Positions 17,794 through 27,857 of a DNA stretch of 64,000 nucleotides are shown here, in pieces (position 1 is the stretch's first letter; every line of letters begins with the position of its first letter). This stretch comes from Myxococcota bacterium (GTDB lineage Bacteria; UBA10199; JADFYH01): assembly GCA_052034865.1 (NCBI GenBank), contig JBPOIC010000027.1, positions 9,923 to 73,922 of the forward strand. Reading direction: 5' to 3'. The position numbers were made by a program, and so were the translations under genes. The notes under the pieces are model-generated. The model ran no database searches, had not been told where the DNA came from, and saw only the letters and a program-made list of their open reading frames with translations.

Positions 17794-18489
17794 ATGCCAA
17801 CCTTACTGATCACAGGTGCCAATCGAGGACTGGGACTTGAATTTACAAAACAATACCTTGCTGATGGTTGGAAGGTTATCGCATGCGCACGACATCCGGA
17901 GAAATCTGAGGAGCTTCAGAAGTTAAAGCAGGCCCATCCTTCTCTTCTTGAGCTTACATCGCTTGACGTGACGGATCTTTCGGCCATCGAAGCCCTTGGG
18001 CAAAAATTCAAACAAACTCCCATCGATTTGCTTATCAGTAATGCCGGTATTTATGGAGGAGATCGCCAGGAGTTTGGATCAATCGATTATCTAGCCTGGC
18101 AGGAAATTTTTAAGACCAACACCCTGGCGAGTATGAAATTGGCGGAAAGCTTTCTAGATTCCATCCAGCTGGGGCAGAAAAAATGCTTCATGGCGATTAC
18201 AAGCAAGATGGGAAGTATTGCCGACAACACCAGCGGTGGTTATTACCTGTACCGCTCCAGCAAGGCAGCTTTGAATATGGTGATTAAAAGTCTGTCGGTG
18301 GATTGGCAACCCTATGGTATTACCTGCTTGGTGCTTCATCCGGGCTGGGTGCAAACCGACATGGGCGGAGCACAAGCCCCATTAAAACCTACCCAAAGCG
18401 TGAAGGGGATGATTCAAGTCCTTTCAAAAGTCAGTCTTGCAGACACCGGACGTTTTCTCGATTTTCAGGGAAAAGAAATTCTTTGGTAG
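17794..18489 (+). CDS. SDR family oxidoreductase
   Basis: LITGANRGLGLEF, YRSSKAALN. GGAG RBS upstream. Confidence 0.85.
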   Translation: MPTLLITGANRGLGLEFTKQYLADGWKVIACARHPEKSEELQKLKQAHPSLLELTSLDVTDLSAIEALGQKFKQTPIDLLISNAGIYGGDRQEFGSIDYLAWQEIFKTNTLASMKLAESFLDSIQLGQKKCFMAITSKMGSIADNTSGGYYLYRSSKAALNMVIKSLSVDWQPYGITCLVLHPGWVQTDMGGAQAPLKPTQSVKGMIQVLSKVSLADTGRFLDFQGKEILW

Positions 18490-18625
18490 GCATTCTGTCA
18501 TTCCTGATTTCACAATCATCTTTCCAACAAACAAGTTTTGTTTTTGACACCGTCTTGTGTGACTATTTAGGGTTAAGACTGATTTCCCAGATTGATTTTT
18601 TTCACCCCATCCAAAAGGAGATGCA

Positions 18626-19678
18626 ATGGCCACGCAACCGGACCTTTCCCAAAGACCCTCTGTATCCATCCCCGATTTAAGTTTTTTAGGCTCCGCCTCG
18701 GTCGTTCGAAAAATGGGCACTTATTCACGTGAGCGGGTGATGATTGCCTTAAAGCTCGGAGGAGTAATCGGAGGTTTACTCGTGGTGGGAATTTTAATCA
18801 CGGCCCTGATCGGAATGTATCTAAGCAAAACAGTCGCGGGAGTTATTTTTGTGGCGGTGTGTATCGGACTGGTTTTGGGGGTGATGCCATATGTCGAGCA
18901 GCAGCTTTTTGAGATGCGAGCCGCTTTTGCTTATCTGGCGACAGAGATTTTAGTCAAAGGGCAGGAGGTACCGCAAAACGATACAGTGGCCTTTGCGAAT
19001 CAGAAACTTGAAGAAAAACTTGGAAGTCTCGGTCCGGTTTGTGAAGTGCACAATCAAACTCGGAGTATCTTCTGGAATTTTTTCAGAACTTTTGATCGCT
19101 TTGACGAAGTTCTTCCTATCGACATCAGTTATCTTCGCTCCGCCCTTCTCTGGATCGCCAACCGCATTGCCCCGCGAATCGCCGACATTGCCCTTTCTTA
19201 TGCATTAGTGCGCGGGGAAAAAACCCTCGCCGAAGATTCGAAAGATGCAGTCGCCCTGGTTGCACAAAATCCCAAAGCCATTTTAAGTTCGGCCGTTCGC
19301 TCTTACTTAGCCGAAAGAATTTATGGAGGAATTTTTGGATTTATCTTTATGGCGATTGCCTGTGTGGCCGTTTTTTCTCTTACCTACAGTGCTTCTGGTC
19401 ACATGATGGCGGGCAGTACGCTTCCTGCCGAAGGTGCAAAAACCATCGGGATTTTTGCCGCGATTTTTTCTTCTCTTTTTATCGGTCTTCCGATCGGAGC
19501 CCTAGCCTCGTGGTTTTTAAGAACCGCTTATCTGGAACCCATGGGACTGGCGATGATTCTGGCGCGTTTTCATAAAACCATTGAAGGACAAACTGCCAAT
19601 GCTGCGATGTTGGATCAAATTAAAAACGCCAGTTCCAACCTGAGAAATGCAGGGGGCTTGACGGGATGGTTGAAATAA
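18626..19678 (+). CDS. hypothetical integral membrane protein
   Basis: 350-aa ORF with AAGGAG RBS. At least four long hydrophobic segments. No family recognised. Confidence 0.65.
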   Translation: MATQPDLSQRPSVSIPDLSFLGSASVVRKMGTYSRERVMIALKLGGVIGGLLVVGILITALIGMYLSKTVAGVIFVAVCIGLVLGVMPYVEQQLFEMRAAFAYLATEILVKGQEVPQNDTVAFANQKLEEKLGSLGPVCEVHNQTRSIFWNFFRTFDRFDEVLPIDISYLRSALLWIANRIAPRIADIALSYALVRGEKTLAEDSKDAVALVAQNPKAILSSAVRSYLAERIYGGIFGFIFMAIACVAVFSLTYSASGHMMAGSTLPAEGAKTIGIFAAIFSSLFIGLPIGALASWFLRTAYLEPMGLAMILARFHKTIEGQTANAAMLDQIKNASSNLRNAGGLTGWLK

Positions 19679-19715
19679 GTAGTGGTGCATTCCACCTAAA
19701 CACAGTGCGGGGCTT

Positions 19716-20027
19716 ATGTGTGCAATGGAAAATGGGTTGGAGGTTTACAAACGACACTGCGATACGGAATATGAGCGCAGCGGGGTTTCTAATTTTTTCC
19801 TCAAACCCTTGTGGGATTGGCGTAAGATTCAAGTGACCATCCAGATAACAAAGATCGATTGGGCACAGGCGGCCAAGAAGCTTGCGGATCACGAGTCTCC
19901 GGAAGCGGGCAAGAGAGTGTTGATCTTGGAAAAGCAGATAGAGACTGCATTGGCTGGCAATGCATCACACGCCCAGGCATGGGAGTTGATTGAACAGGTT
20001 CAAATTGAAGTCCTGGCAAGAATATGA
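19716..20027 (+). CDS. hypothetical protein (doubtful)
   Basis: 103-aa ORF filling an otherwise empty gap. No RBS and no family recognised. Confidence 0.25.
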   Translation: MCAMENGLEVYKRHCDTEYERSGVSNFFLKPLWDWRKIQVTIQITKIDWAQAAKKLADHESPEAGKRVLILEKQIETALAGNASHAQAWELIEQVQIEVLARI

Positions 20028-20117
20028 CTTGAATTGATTGCGGAGACCTTCTTGAAAAACAGGAAATCTCAATGCTGTCTTGGTAAAATACCCGAAAAAT
20101 AAGGATTTGGATTTTTT

Positions 20118-20151
20118 AAAAAAAAACTCCAGATCCCATCGGAATCTGGAG
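20118..20151 (-). terminator. rho-independent terminator of rplM-rpsI
   Basis: On the minus strand, CTCCAGAT-N9-ATCTGGAG is followed by T9 (plus-strand A-run 20118-20126). Confidence 0.8.
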
Positions 20152-20179
20152 TTGGATGAACTTGAAAAGCGAAAGGGAA

Positions 20180-20578
20180 TTAGCGCTTGCTGTACTGAGT
20201 GGAACGACGGGCACCGCGATGACCGTATTTTTTACGCTCTTTGCGACGGCTATCTCGAGTTAAATATCCGCTCTTTCTTAAGGGCTTACGATAATCCTGA
20301 TTTAATTCCAGCAAGGCTCTGGCAATTCCATGACGAATTGCACCTGCCTGACCAGAAAGCCCGCCTCCTTCGACGTTGGCAGTCACATCAAATTTTCCGA
20401 CATTTCCGGTAGCCTCCAACGGCTGGTTGACAATCATACGAAGAGTCGGACGACCAAAGTACTTGTCCAACCCATCGCGACCATTAACGACAAACTTTCC
20501 ACTTCCTGGTATCACCTGGACGCGAGCTGCGGATGTTTTTCTTTTTCCTGTTCCAAAAAATCTTTTGATGGCTGCCAT
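20180..20578 (-). CDS. rpsI: 30S ribosomal protein S9
   Basis: ...[19 protein letters not shown]...[24 protein letters not shown] at 20578 (MAAIKRF) preferred over the TTG at 20611. Confidence 0.95.
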   Translation of the reverse strand: MAAIKRFFGTGKRKTSAARVQVIPGSGKFVVNGRDGLDKYFGRPTLRMIVNQPLEATGNVGKFDVTANVEGGGLSGQAGAIRHGIARALLELNQDYRKPLRKSGYLTRDSRRKERKKYGHRGARRSTQYSKR

Positions 20579-20612
20579 TGCTGAACTTTCTTTTTCTTTA
20601 AGGATGATCAAA

Positions 20613-21047
20613 TTACGCCTTCAACTCGCATACTGTAGGCTTTTGTGCCTCATGGGGATGAGAGGATCCAGCATAAACTTTTAGTTTTTTAAGCATGCTC
20701 CGGCCCAAAGGAGTGTTTGGAATCATTCCTTTGACAGCCAGGGTGATTAGCTCTTCGGGGTGCCTTTTTAAAAGCTCTCCCGCAGAGAAGGTTTTCAAAC
20801 CTCCAATATAACCTGAGTGTTTATTGTATTTTTTGTCGATTAACTTATTGCCCGTGAGCTTGATCTGATCGGCATTAATAGCGATCACAAAATCACCGGT
20901 ATCGATATGAGGGGTATAGCTGGGCTTTGTTTTTCCACGAAGGATTTTGGCAATCTGGGTTGCTGCACGACCGAGAACTTGTCCTTTCAGGTCAATCAGT
21001 TGCCATTTGCGTTCGACTTCGCCTGTTTTTGCACTGTAGGTTTTCAT
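20613..21047 (-). CDS. rplM: 50S ribosomal protein L13
   Basis: [39 protein letters not shown]... Start at residue M18 of the track ORF. Confidence 0.95.
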   Translation of the reverse strand: MKTYSAKTGEVERKWQLIDLKGQVLGRAATQIAKILRGKTKPSYTPHIDTGDFVIAINADQIKLTGNKLIDKKYNKHSGYIGGLKTFSAGELLKRHPEELITLAVKGMIPNTPLGRSMLKKLKVYAGSSHPHEAQKPTVCELKA

Positions 21048-21107
21048 GAGAATCACTGACATTAAAAAATGAATACATACCCTGCCTATACAAATCACTT
21101 AGCAGGG

Positions 21108-21123
21108 TGCCACGAAAGTGCCA
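21108..21123 (-). promoter_or_regulatory. sigma-54-like -24/-12 match TGGCACTTTCGTGGCA upstream of rplM (uncertain)
   Basis: GG and GC are at the canonical 12-nt spacing, about 60 nt before the rplM ATG. It is also a direct TGGCAC repeat. A 7-bp hairpin ACCCTGC/GCAGGGT lies in the leader. Confidence 0.3.
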
Positions 21124-21214
21124 GTCTATAGAAGATAACAAAGAATTTTGTCAAGAAAGACTTCCTGGAAAGAGTTACCAAGGAAAAGGACTTTTTGAAG
21201 AGAAAAAGGTAGGT

Positions 21215-22843
21215 TTATAAATCCTGCACCCGAATCAAATGAGCCCCAGGAACCATTGAGGCGGTCCCCATCAACGTAATACTCTCTTCATTTTCGAAAA
21301 GTGTATCCGCTGTAATCAGGCTATAATTGGCACTCATTGCAGCAATCGACTGGCTGGAGGGAACCTGAGAGAGGGTAGACACCGCCGGCCCGGAAAGCGT
21401 CGTCCCACGGTTGTCATCCTGTGAAGATCTCAGATTAATACCTGAAAAATTATATCTTCTATCTGTCGAAAGCCCTGTATTTGAAAGATAAAGGGCCACA
21501 AAAAAGTCACTGGCAATTGAATCAATCGTTTCTCCGCTCACTTCTTCTATCGAATCCAAACCCGTTCGATTGTTTTCATGAAGTTTACGAATCAAATCTT
21601 TTCCGCTCGCAATCCCAGCAAATCGTCCATGATCAGCCTGCTCATAAAGGTAGCGATACCAAAGATAGGAACATCCTCGCTGAGCCAGATTCGTCCCCCC
21701 AGTAAAAGATGCAAGCTGCGAACCCAAGCAGAGATTGACTCGTGAGGGATTTTCCATGCTGACGGATTCAAAGTCGTTATAGAGATCTTCCGCCAGGTGG
21801 CTTTGACCTTCATTAGCCCATCCTGGATCCGTAGCACCATTTTTCATATGGTAATTGATTGCATGCTGAATCTCGTGTGGCATGCAGTGGGGGCCGGTGT
21901 TGGAAATATAAAAACTTCGAGGAATGGGAACTCCCCAGATTCCACTTGGATCAGGAACATGGCAATAAATGTATTCACCCATATTTGAAGAAGCTGCAGA
22001 GGTAAGATCTCCCCCGAAAAAATATCCCGTCACAATGCCACCACTACCTCCCAGACCATTCAGAACTGGGCTAAAAACAATGTACATTTTACCGTTTCCA
22101 TCTACATCTGAAACATCTCCAAAGGCTGCATGCTCGGCTTCTACATTCGATTCGAGAGGGTCTATTAAATCTTCAATTTCCCGATTGGATATCAAACTAC
22201 TGGCATTGTTATCTCTTAAAACAATGAAATGGTCGGTTATATAGACCACCTGAGTCATCACGGAGGTATAACTTTCAGTAGAGCTCAATGAATTTAACAC
22301 CTTCACTGACTTGGTATCCCCTACCGAAAGGGAGGACTCCAACTCTGAACCAATTCCCAGGTGACGTGACCTTTCAAATTCAGAAGGGGGCTCCAGATTG
22401 CGTTCGACCCTTCTTAGCATCTCATGAAACTCTTCAGTTTTCTCATAGGGAGAGGAGGATCGATCTTGTAATCCCTTAATTGTCCTATCCTCATCAACAC
22501 CTCCATCTTCTTCAGAAGGCTCAGGAACAAAAGAATTTTGAAGACTGGCACTAAACGAGCCGCTCGTGCGAGAAAGTGAATAAAAAGCAATGATGAAGCG
22601 CTCATTGCCCGTGAGATCAGAAAACGAAACCTGAGCGGAATGATCCGACCCAAAAGAGACCTCTGCTGCAGAGCCTATATTCAATTCTCCAATAGTCGTC
22701 TGAATACCTTGGGCAGCAATCGTGGGTTGCTCTGACACCCCTCCTCCTCCACAACCCCATCCACCACCTACAGACAAAATTCCCGCCAACACACTTAAGA
22801 AACATGATTTTACTCCTACCTTGGAGATAAATGAATGGCTCAT
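21215..22843 (-). CDS. putative lipoprotein zinc metallopeptidase (gluzincin, HEXXH-X18-E)
   Basis: MPHEIQHAINYHMKNGATDPGWANEGQSHLAED gives HEIQH plus NEG 18 residues later. N-terminal signal with GGGWGC lipobox-like cysteine. GGGAG RBS. Confidence 0.7.
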   Translation of the reverse strand: MSHSFISKVGVKSCFLSVLAGILSVGGGWGCGGGGVSEQPTIAAQGIQTTIGELNIGSAAEVSFGSDHSAQVSFSDLTGNERFIIAFYSLSRTSGSFSASLQNSFVPEPSEEDGGVDEDRTIKGLQDRSSSPYEKTEEFHEMLRRVERNLEPPSEFERSRHLGIGSELESSLSVGDTKSVKVLNSLSSTESYTSVMTQVVYITDHFIVLRDNNASSLISNREIEDLIDPLESNVEAEHAAFGDVSDVDGNGKMYIVFSPVLNGLGGSGGIVTGYFFGGDLTSAASSNMGEYIYCHVPDPSGIWGVPIPRSFYISNTGPHCMPHEIQHAINYHMKNGATDPGWANEGQSHLAEDLYNDFESVSMENPSRVNLCLGSQLASFTGGTNLAQRGCSYLWYRYLYEQADHGRFAGIASGKDLIRKLHENNRTGLDSIEEVSGETIDSIASDFFVALYLSNTGLSTDRRYNFSGINLRSSQDDNRGTTLSGPAVSTLSQVPSSQSIAAMSANYSLITADTLFENEESITLMGTASMVPGAHLIRVQDL

Positions 22844-23511
22844 AGAAGACTCCCTGGTGCCTATCTGAGAGACCCAAGCTTTCCGACTCTTCTGAAAAGG
22901 GATGGGCCTGCTTTAGACGTCACGTGTCTTTAGGTTCAGATCGAAATGTTTTGGTTTAGAACACCCAACTGAAAGAGCAATTGATATGCCTGTAGTGGGA
23001 TAAGGGAGGGATTTTAAATATTGTATTTTAATTTTAAATACTTACACGATTATTCGACGGTCTGATTTTGTTTTTTGATCTCGCAAACGGGTGTCTTTAT
23101 ACTGAAAGGCGTGGGGATTTCGTAAGGTGAGTTAAAACATGATTGTAGACGAAGGAAATTATTAGATTGCAGAACAAGGACTGATAAATTCAACCTATTG
23201 AAATTGTTTGTTTTTTATAAGATTCTGGCAAGACTATCGTGTAAAAAATACTAAGACTCTTAAGTGATTAAAACCCGACACACAGAGTAAAAAATGGATT
23301 TTTCCAGATGAGCAAAATTTATCAATCCTCGGCAGCAAATCGAAATTGGTCGAAAGTATCTCTCAATAAAAAAATAAAAATCGTCATATTCCCGACGCCC
23401 TTCTTGCACTCTACCTTCGAAGGAGAATTTGTCTGCGGGAAGGGACTTTACCAAGCGAGGGAGGACCGACCACTGCGGAAAGAGAACATATCCGCCCAAG
23501 GAGGACATCTT

Positions 23512-24645
23512 TTACCGAACAATACCTCCTCTTACCCTTCCCGAGGGATGAAACTGAGCCGGTTTTTTAGAAACCGAAGAAGGTGGGGGAGTGGAAGCGG
23601 TTTTTTCTCGAGGAGCCTGAGGTGGCGTAAATTTCCTTTCCCCTGGCTTGGGTGTCACTGAAGGGGTGGTCTTTTCCAGTGGAGTCATTACCGTAGATCT
23701 TGGAGCCCTTCCTTCTGGTGATGAGAATCCTGAAGCCCTCGAGGGTTTAGAACGTGAGTGAATGGCTGGAGCTGAGTGGGCCCCGCCAGTTAATTTTTCC
23801 TGAGATAGATTAGACGAAGGAGGCCTGAATCCTGGAGAAGAAGATCTGGAGAAAGGCGGCTTCATTGTGTTGCGAGCAGGTTCATGAGCGACTGGAAAGG
23901 GATTGGTTTTTTTCTGAATTCCAGGGACAGGATTCATGACGCTGGGACTTGGAATAGAGCGATCAACGGAATGGGGCGGGGGCGCTGGAAAAGGTTTTTT
24001 ATAGGGATGGATGATTGGAGATACTGACGGAGCAGGGGTCGAATTGTAATAGTTGTATGTGTTGTACGTATTATAGGTCGTAGAATTGAAAGAGCTCGAG
24101 TTTCCCCAAGATGGATGGGAGTAGGGATGATAATGTCGGGGATAAGTATCAGGAAAATAGTATTTGCGCGGATAGCTATAAGAATATGGAGAATAATGAA
24201 CAGTGGGCTGATAGTAGACAACCGGACGATTCACCCCCCAATAACTGGGCCCAAACGTATAAGACCAAACTCCTCCAATAAAACCTAGCAGGCCAGAAAC
24301 CAAAAGATCTTCACCCGACAGATCCGAACGTGTCCAAACCGGAACATACGAGTCGTAGGATCGATAGCCTAAATCACAGTAAGAACAGGAGGAATACCAA
24401 CCTTCTTCAGTGTAATAGCCTTGAGATTCCCAAGGTTCATCAAAAGAAGAATATCCTGAGAAAGACTCCCCATAAACCAGAGGTTGAGCATTCATGCTAA
24501 AAATTAAAAAGGGCTGTCGATAGGAATGATAGGAAAGTGGCCGCAGGTAAATCGTGGACTTGCGGGTTTTGGCTTCAGCGAAAGGACTGATAAAAAGAAA
24601 GGTGAAAGCGGTGATTGAGACAATTACTTTTTTAAGATGTTTCAT
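23512..24645 (-). CDS. secreted Tyr/Ser/Pro-rich low-complexity protein
   Basis: ATG at 24645 with AGGAGG RBS. Signal peptide MKHLKKVIVSITAFTFLFISPFAEA. YYQPTVHYSPYSYSYPRKYYFPDTYPRHYHPYSHP and NTYNTYNYYN tracts. The track ORF extension to 24882 overlaps metG and is not credible. Confidence 0.7.
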   Translation of the reverse strand: MKHLKKVIVSITAFTFLFISPFAEAKTRKSTIYLRPLSYHSYRQPFLIFSMNAQPLVYGESFSGYSSFDEPWESQGYYTEEGWYSSCSYCDLGYRSYDSYVPVWTRSDLSGEDLLVSGLLGFIGGVWSYTFGPSYWGVNRPVVYYQPTVHYSPYSYSYPRKYYFPDTYPRHYHPYSHPSWGNSSSFNSTTYNTYNTYNYYNSTPAPSVSPIIHPYKKPFPAPPPHSVDRSIPSPSVMNPVPGIQKKTNPFPVAHEPARNTMKPPFSRSSSPGFRPPSSNLSQEKLTGGAHSAPAIHSRSKPSRASGFSSPEGRAPRSTVMTPLEKTTPSVTPKPGERKFTPPQAPREKTASTPPPSSVSKKPAQFHPSGRVRGGIVR

Positions 24646-24715
24646 AGAACTCCTCCTTTTTGGATCTACGGGAGGAGACTTCAAAAGTTCTTGAAGCAAG
24701 CCCTGTCTCCCAAAC

Positions 24716-26242
24716 CTATTTTTCAAGCCGGGGAAAGAGCGGATAAGCCTCCCCCAACTGATGCTCCATAGGCATCTGCTCCCAGGAAGAAGCCTCCTGA
24801 AAAGTCTTGGGGAGCTTAAAATTAAGCTGTTCGTAAATCTTCTGACTGGTTTGAGGCATGAAGGGCTGCAGCCACAAACCAATCAATCGGAGAGAATTGA
24901 TCAAAAGATATAACACCTGTTGAAGCCTGGCTATTTCACCGTTTTTAAACAGGGTCCAGGGAGCCGAAGTAGAAATGAATTTATCACATACCCCCATCCA
25001 TTCCCACAAAGCGCCCAATGCCTGATGAAACTCCAGATCTCCTCGCGTGAAATCCATTGCCTGACAAATCCGAAGCTGAACTGCATTGTATTTCTGGATC
25101 AAGTCATCATCTTCAGGCGCCGACTGACCTTGAGAAATTTTTCCATTAAAATATTTTTTCGCCATCCCCAGTGTTCGACTGAGGAGATTTCCCAAATCGT
25201 TCGCAAGATCGCTGTTGTAGCGGGTGATAAATTCCTCCCACGTAAAATTTCCGTCCGCTCCAAAGCTGGAGCCACGCAGAAGATAATAACGCAACACATC
25301 CGGACCAAACCGGTCGAGCACGTCCAGAGGCGTAACGACATTCCCGAGGGTTTTACTCATCTTCTCGCCTTTAAGATACACAAACCCATGACCAAAAATC
25401 GTTTTCGGCAAGGGAAGTTTTGCGCTCATAAGCATGGCTGGCCAGATCACACAATGAAAACGCGTGATGTCTTTTCCAATGACATGCACGGAAGCCGGCC
25501 ACCATTTCTGAAATTCGGCCTCGTTAGATCCATAACCAATCGCGGTCAGATAATTGATGAGGGCATCGAACCAGACATAAATGACATGTTCGGGATCTCC
25601 TGGAATGCGGATTCCCCAATCAAAGCCAGAGCGGGAAACCGAGATATCTTCGAGCCCCTGGTTTAAAAGGCTTAAGATTTCATTTCGACGGATTTCCGGA
25701 AGGATGAATTCGGGATGTTGCGTGATGTGCTCCAGCAGTACGTCACGGTATTTGGAGAGTTTGAAAAAATAGTTTTTTTCCTGAAGCCATTTCGGTTTTT
25801 GTTTATGGCTGGGACAAACACCCTCAACGAGATCTTTTTCTGTGTAAAACGCTTCGCACGATTCGCAATACCATCCTTCGTATTTTCCCTCGAAAATATC
25901 CCCCGCTTTTTGAATCTCGGAAAATAGCTTTTGGGAAGCCACGTGGTGGCGTGGCTCACTCGTCTGAATGAAATTATCGTAGGAGATCTCCAGCTTTTCC
26001 CAGATCTCGGTAAATTTCCCGCGCATTTCATCACAGTAAATTTTTGGATCTTTTTCCTGAGCGACTGCTGCCTTTTGGACATTGGTTGAATGTTCATCAT
26101 TCCCCATCTGAAAATGCACTTCATCCCCTTTCATGCGATGAAAGCGGGCCAGCACATCTGCCCCGATTTTTTCGTAGGCCGTGCCCAGGTGAGGGAGTGA
26201 ATTCACGTAGTCGATCGCGGTCGTGAGATAAAAACGCATCAT
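24716..26242 (-). CDS. metG: methionine--tRNA ligase (short form)
   Basis: YVNSLPHLGTAYE (HIGH-type region), KMSKTLGN (KMSKS), zinc knuckle CESCEAF...CPSH. Confidence 0.95.
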   Translation of the reverse strand: MMRFYLTTAIDYVNSLPHLGTAYEKIGADVLARFHRMKGDEVHFQMGNDEHSTNVQKAAVAQEKDPKIYCDEMRGKFTEIWEKLEISYDNFIQTSEPRHHVASQKLFSEIQKAGDIFEGKYEGWYCESCEAFYTEKDLVEGVCPSHKQKPKWLQEKNYFFKLSKYRDVLLEHITQHPEFILPEIRRNEILSLLNQGLEDISVSRSGFDWGIRIPGDPEHVIYVWFDALINYLTAIGYGSNEAEFQKWWPASVHVIGKDITRFHCVIWPAMLMSAKLPLPKTIFGHGFVYLKGEKMSKTLGNVVTPLDVLDRFGPDVLRYYLLRGSSFGADGNFTWEEFITRYNSDLANDLGNLLSRTLGMAKKYFNGKISQGQSAPEDDDLIQKYNAVQLRICQAMDFTRGDLEFHQALGALWEWMGVCDKFISTSAPWTLFKNGEIARLQQVLYLLINSLRLIGLWLQPFMPQTSQKIYEQLNFKLPKTFQEASSWEQMPMEHQLGEAYPLFPRLEK

Positions 26243-26279
26243 ATTTTTAAGAGAGGAAATGAGAAATTTTTAGAGCCCT

Positions 26280-27164
26280 TTAAAGGCACAAATTAAGAAA
26301 CAAGGTTTCGAAGGTCAACAAAGGATTTGCGTAACGATCGAGCGCGCGGCGCGACATTTGAATGGCATCAAATTTTTTTAAGTTGGAGGCGCTGGCATCT
26401 TCAATGATTTTTTCTTTCCAGCGGAATTGAAGAAGGTCGAGCACGGGCTTATGGAGAGTCTCCTCCTGCGCAATCTGCTCGGCTGCCTGAAGCAGACGCG
26501 TCAGATCTTTCGGAGTTGTTTCAAGGGCAGGAAGGATAGCTTGGTCAACCTGCTCCCAGGCCTCATCGGCAAAAGAGGCCAGAAGTCCTGGCGATCCGCC
26601 AACCCATTGAATCAGACGAGCATCCAGAACCTTGCCCTGGGCTTCAAATACCTGACGAACCTCTACTTCACTTAAAGGAGAGAAGGGGATTTTCTGACAG
26701 CGCGAAAGCGTGGTTTTGAGCAAGCGATTCGGTGAATCGGTAATGAGAAAAATCAAGGTTGAGGCAGGAGGCTCTTCGAGTGTTTTCAGCAAGGCATTGG
26801 AAGCGGCGGCGTTCATCAAATGCGCCTCTTCGATCACCGCAACTTTCAGGGGAGCTTCAAAAGGTTTTAAGACCAGCGCGTTTTTAAGCTCGCGAATTTT
26901 TTCGATTTTGATCACGTCTTTTTCAGGTTCAATCCATCTCAAATCCGGATGTTCCCGCGTCTCTACGCGCTTGCAGGAAGGACAGGTTTCGCAAGGCCCA
27001 TCTTTTGTGCGCGATAAACAAAAAAGAAACTGAATCAGATGAAGTGCAACTGCTTTTTTCCCAATCCCTGACAGACCACAAAAAAGAAGGGCATGGGGCA
27101 GACGATTTGCTTCTGAAAGTTCTTTAAGATCTTCCCAGTTTTTTTTATGTCCTGAAAAATTCAT
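26280..27164 (-). CDS. holB: DNA polymerase III subunit delta'
   Basis: RLPHALLFCGLSGIGKK, CETCPSCKRV zinc module, LKTLEEPP. Confidence 0.9.
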   Translation of the reverse strand: MNFSGHKKNWEDLKELSEANRLPHALLFCGLSGIGKKAVALHLIQFLFCLSRTKDGPCETCPSCKRVETREHPDLRWIEPEKDVIKIEKIRELKNALVLKPFEAPLKVAVIEEAHLMNAAASNALLKTLEEPPASTLIFLITDSPNRLLKTTLSRCQKIPFSPLSEVEVRQVFEAQGKVLDARLIQWVGGSPGLLASFADEAWEQVDQAILPALETTPKDLTRLLQAAEQIAQEETLHKPVLDLLQFRWKEKIIEDASASNLKKFDAIQMSRRALDRYANPLLTFETLFLNLCL

Positions 27165-27185
27165 AGTTTGCAGAAAAAAGTAAGT

Positions 27186-27836
27186 TTATTTTTTATCCCA
27201 ACGAGACTCCAGGGAATCCCAAATCTCCTTCTCCACCGCCTCAATGCTTTGCGTGCCATCGACGACAATGAAGCGCTGAGGCTCCTCTTGCGCAATCTTT
27301 AAATACCGCGCGCGCACACGCTGGTGAAAATCCAGCTCAATGCGCTCAAATCGGTCTTGCGTGTCGTGGGTGACACGATTGCGCTCACGCGCGCGACCCA
27401 AACCGACCTCGGCAGGACAATCAACCAGAATCGTCAAGTCGGGTTTTAATCCTTGAATCGCCAACGTATTGAGCTCGGCAATGAGCGAAGGTGAAAGGCC
27501 ATGGCCGCCCTCCTGATATGCGGCCGTCGCATCGAGATACCGATCACACAACACGATTTTTCCTTCCTGAAGGGCGGGTCTCAAAACTTCTTCACAGTGC
27601 TGGGCACGGTCGGCCGCATAGAGTAGAAGCTCGCACAAGGGGCTCATATTTTCATGCGCTGGATCAAGAAGGATCGCACGGATTTTTTGTCCGATGTTGC
27701 TACCGCCAGGCTCGCGCGTGAGAAGACAAGCACGGCCTCGTTGATCCAGATGATCTTTCAGGCGTCGAATCTGCGTTGTTTTTCCGCAGCCTTCGATTCC
27801 TTCAAAGGTAATAAATATGGCCATAGGCTTTTTCAT
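27186..27836 (-). CDS. tmk: dTMP (thymidylate) kinase
   Basis: ITFEGIEGCGKTTQ, LTREPGG, DRY motifs. Confidence 0.93.
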   Translation of the reverse strand: MKKPMAIFITFEGIEGCGKTTQIRRLKDHLDQRGRACLLTREPGGSNIGQKIRAILLDPAHENMSPLCELLLYAADRAQHCEEVLRPALQEGKIVLCDRYLDATAAYQEGGHGLSPSLIAELNTLAIQGLKPDLTILVDCPAEVGLGRARERNRVTHDTQDRFERIELDFHQRVRARYLKIAQEEPQRFIVVDGTQSIEAVEKEIWDSLESRWDKK

Positions 27837-27857
27837 CTGAATTGAAAATTCCTGCTG

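Noticed and set aside
22915-22929. Second CACGTG-containing dyad (AGACGTCACGTGTCT) considered as another parS
   Set aside because: The flanks do not match the GTTTCAC/GTGAAAC arms. Only the central hexamer is shared.
23260-23661. 82-aa minus and 117-aa plus ORFs downstream of the Tyr-rich protein gene
   Set aside because: They have no RBS, odd composition (Trp/Cys/Phe-rich or Arg-rich) and they overlap each other. They are kept only as a note that the region may be transcribed.
24646-24882. N-terminal extension of track ORF 23512-24882
   Set aside because: The extension overlaps the 3' end of metG in another frame. The ATG at 24645 has an AGGAGG RBS and begins a textbook signal peptide.
24920-25666. 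248-aa plus-strand ORF
   Set aside because: It is entirely antisense to metG, which has unambiguous family motifs. It is a typical shadow ORF.
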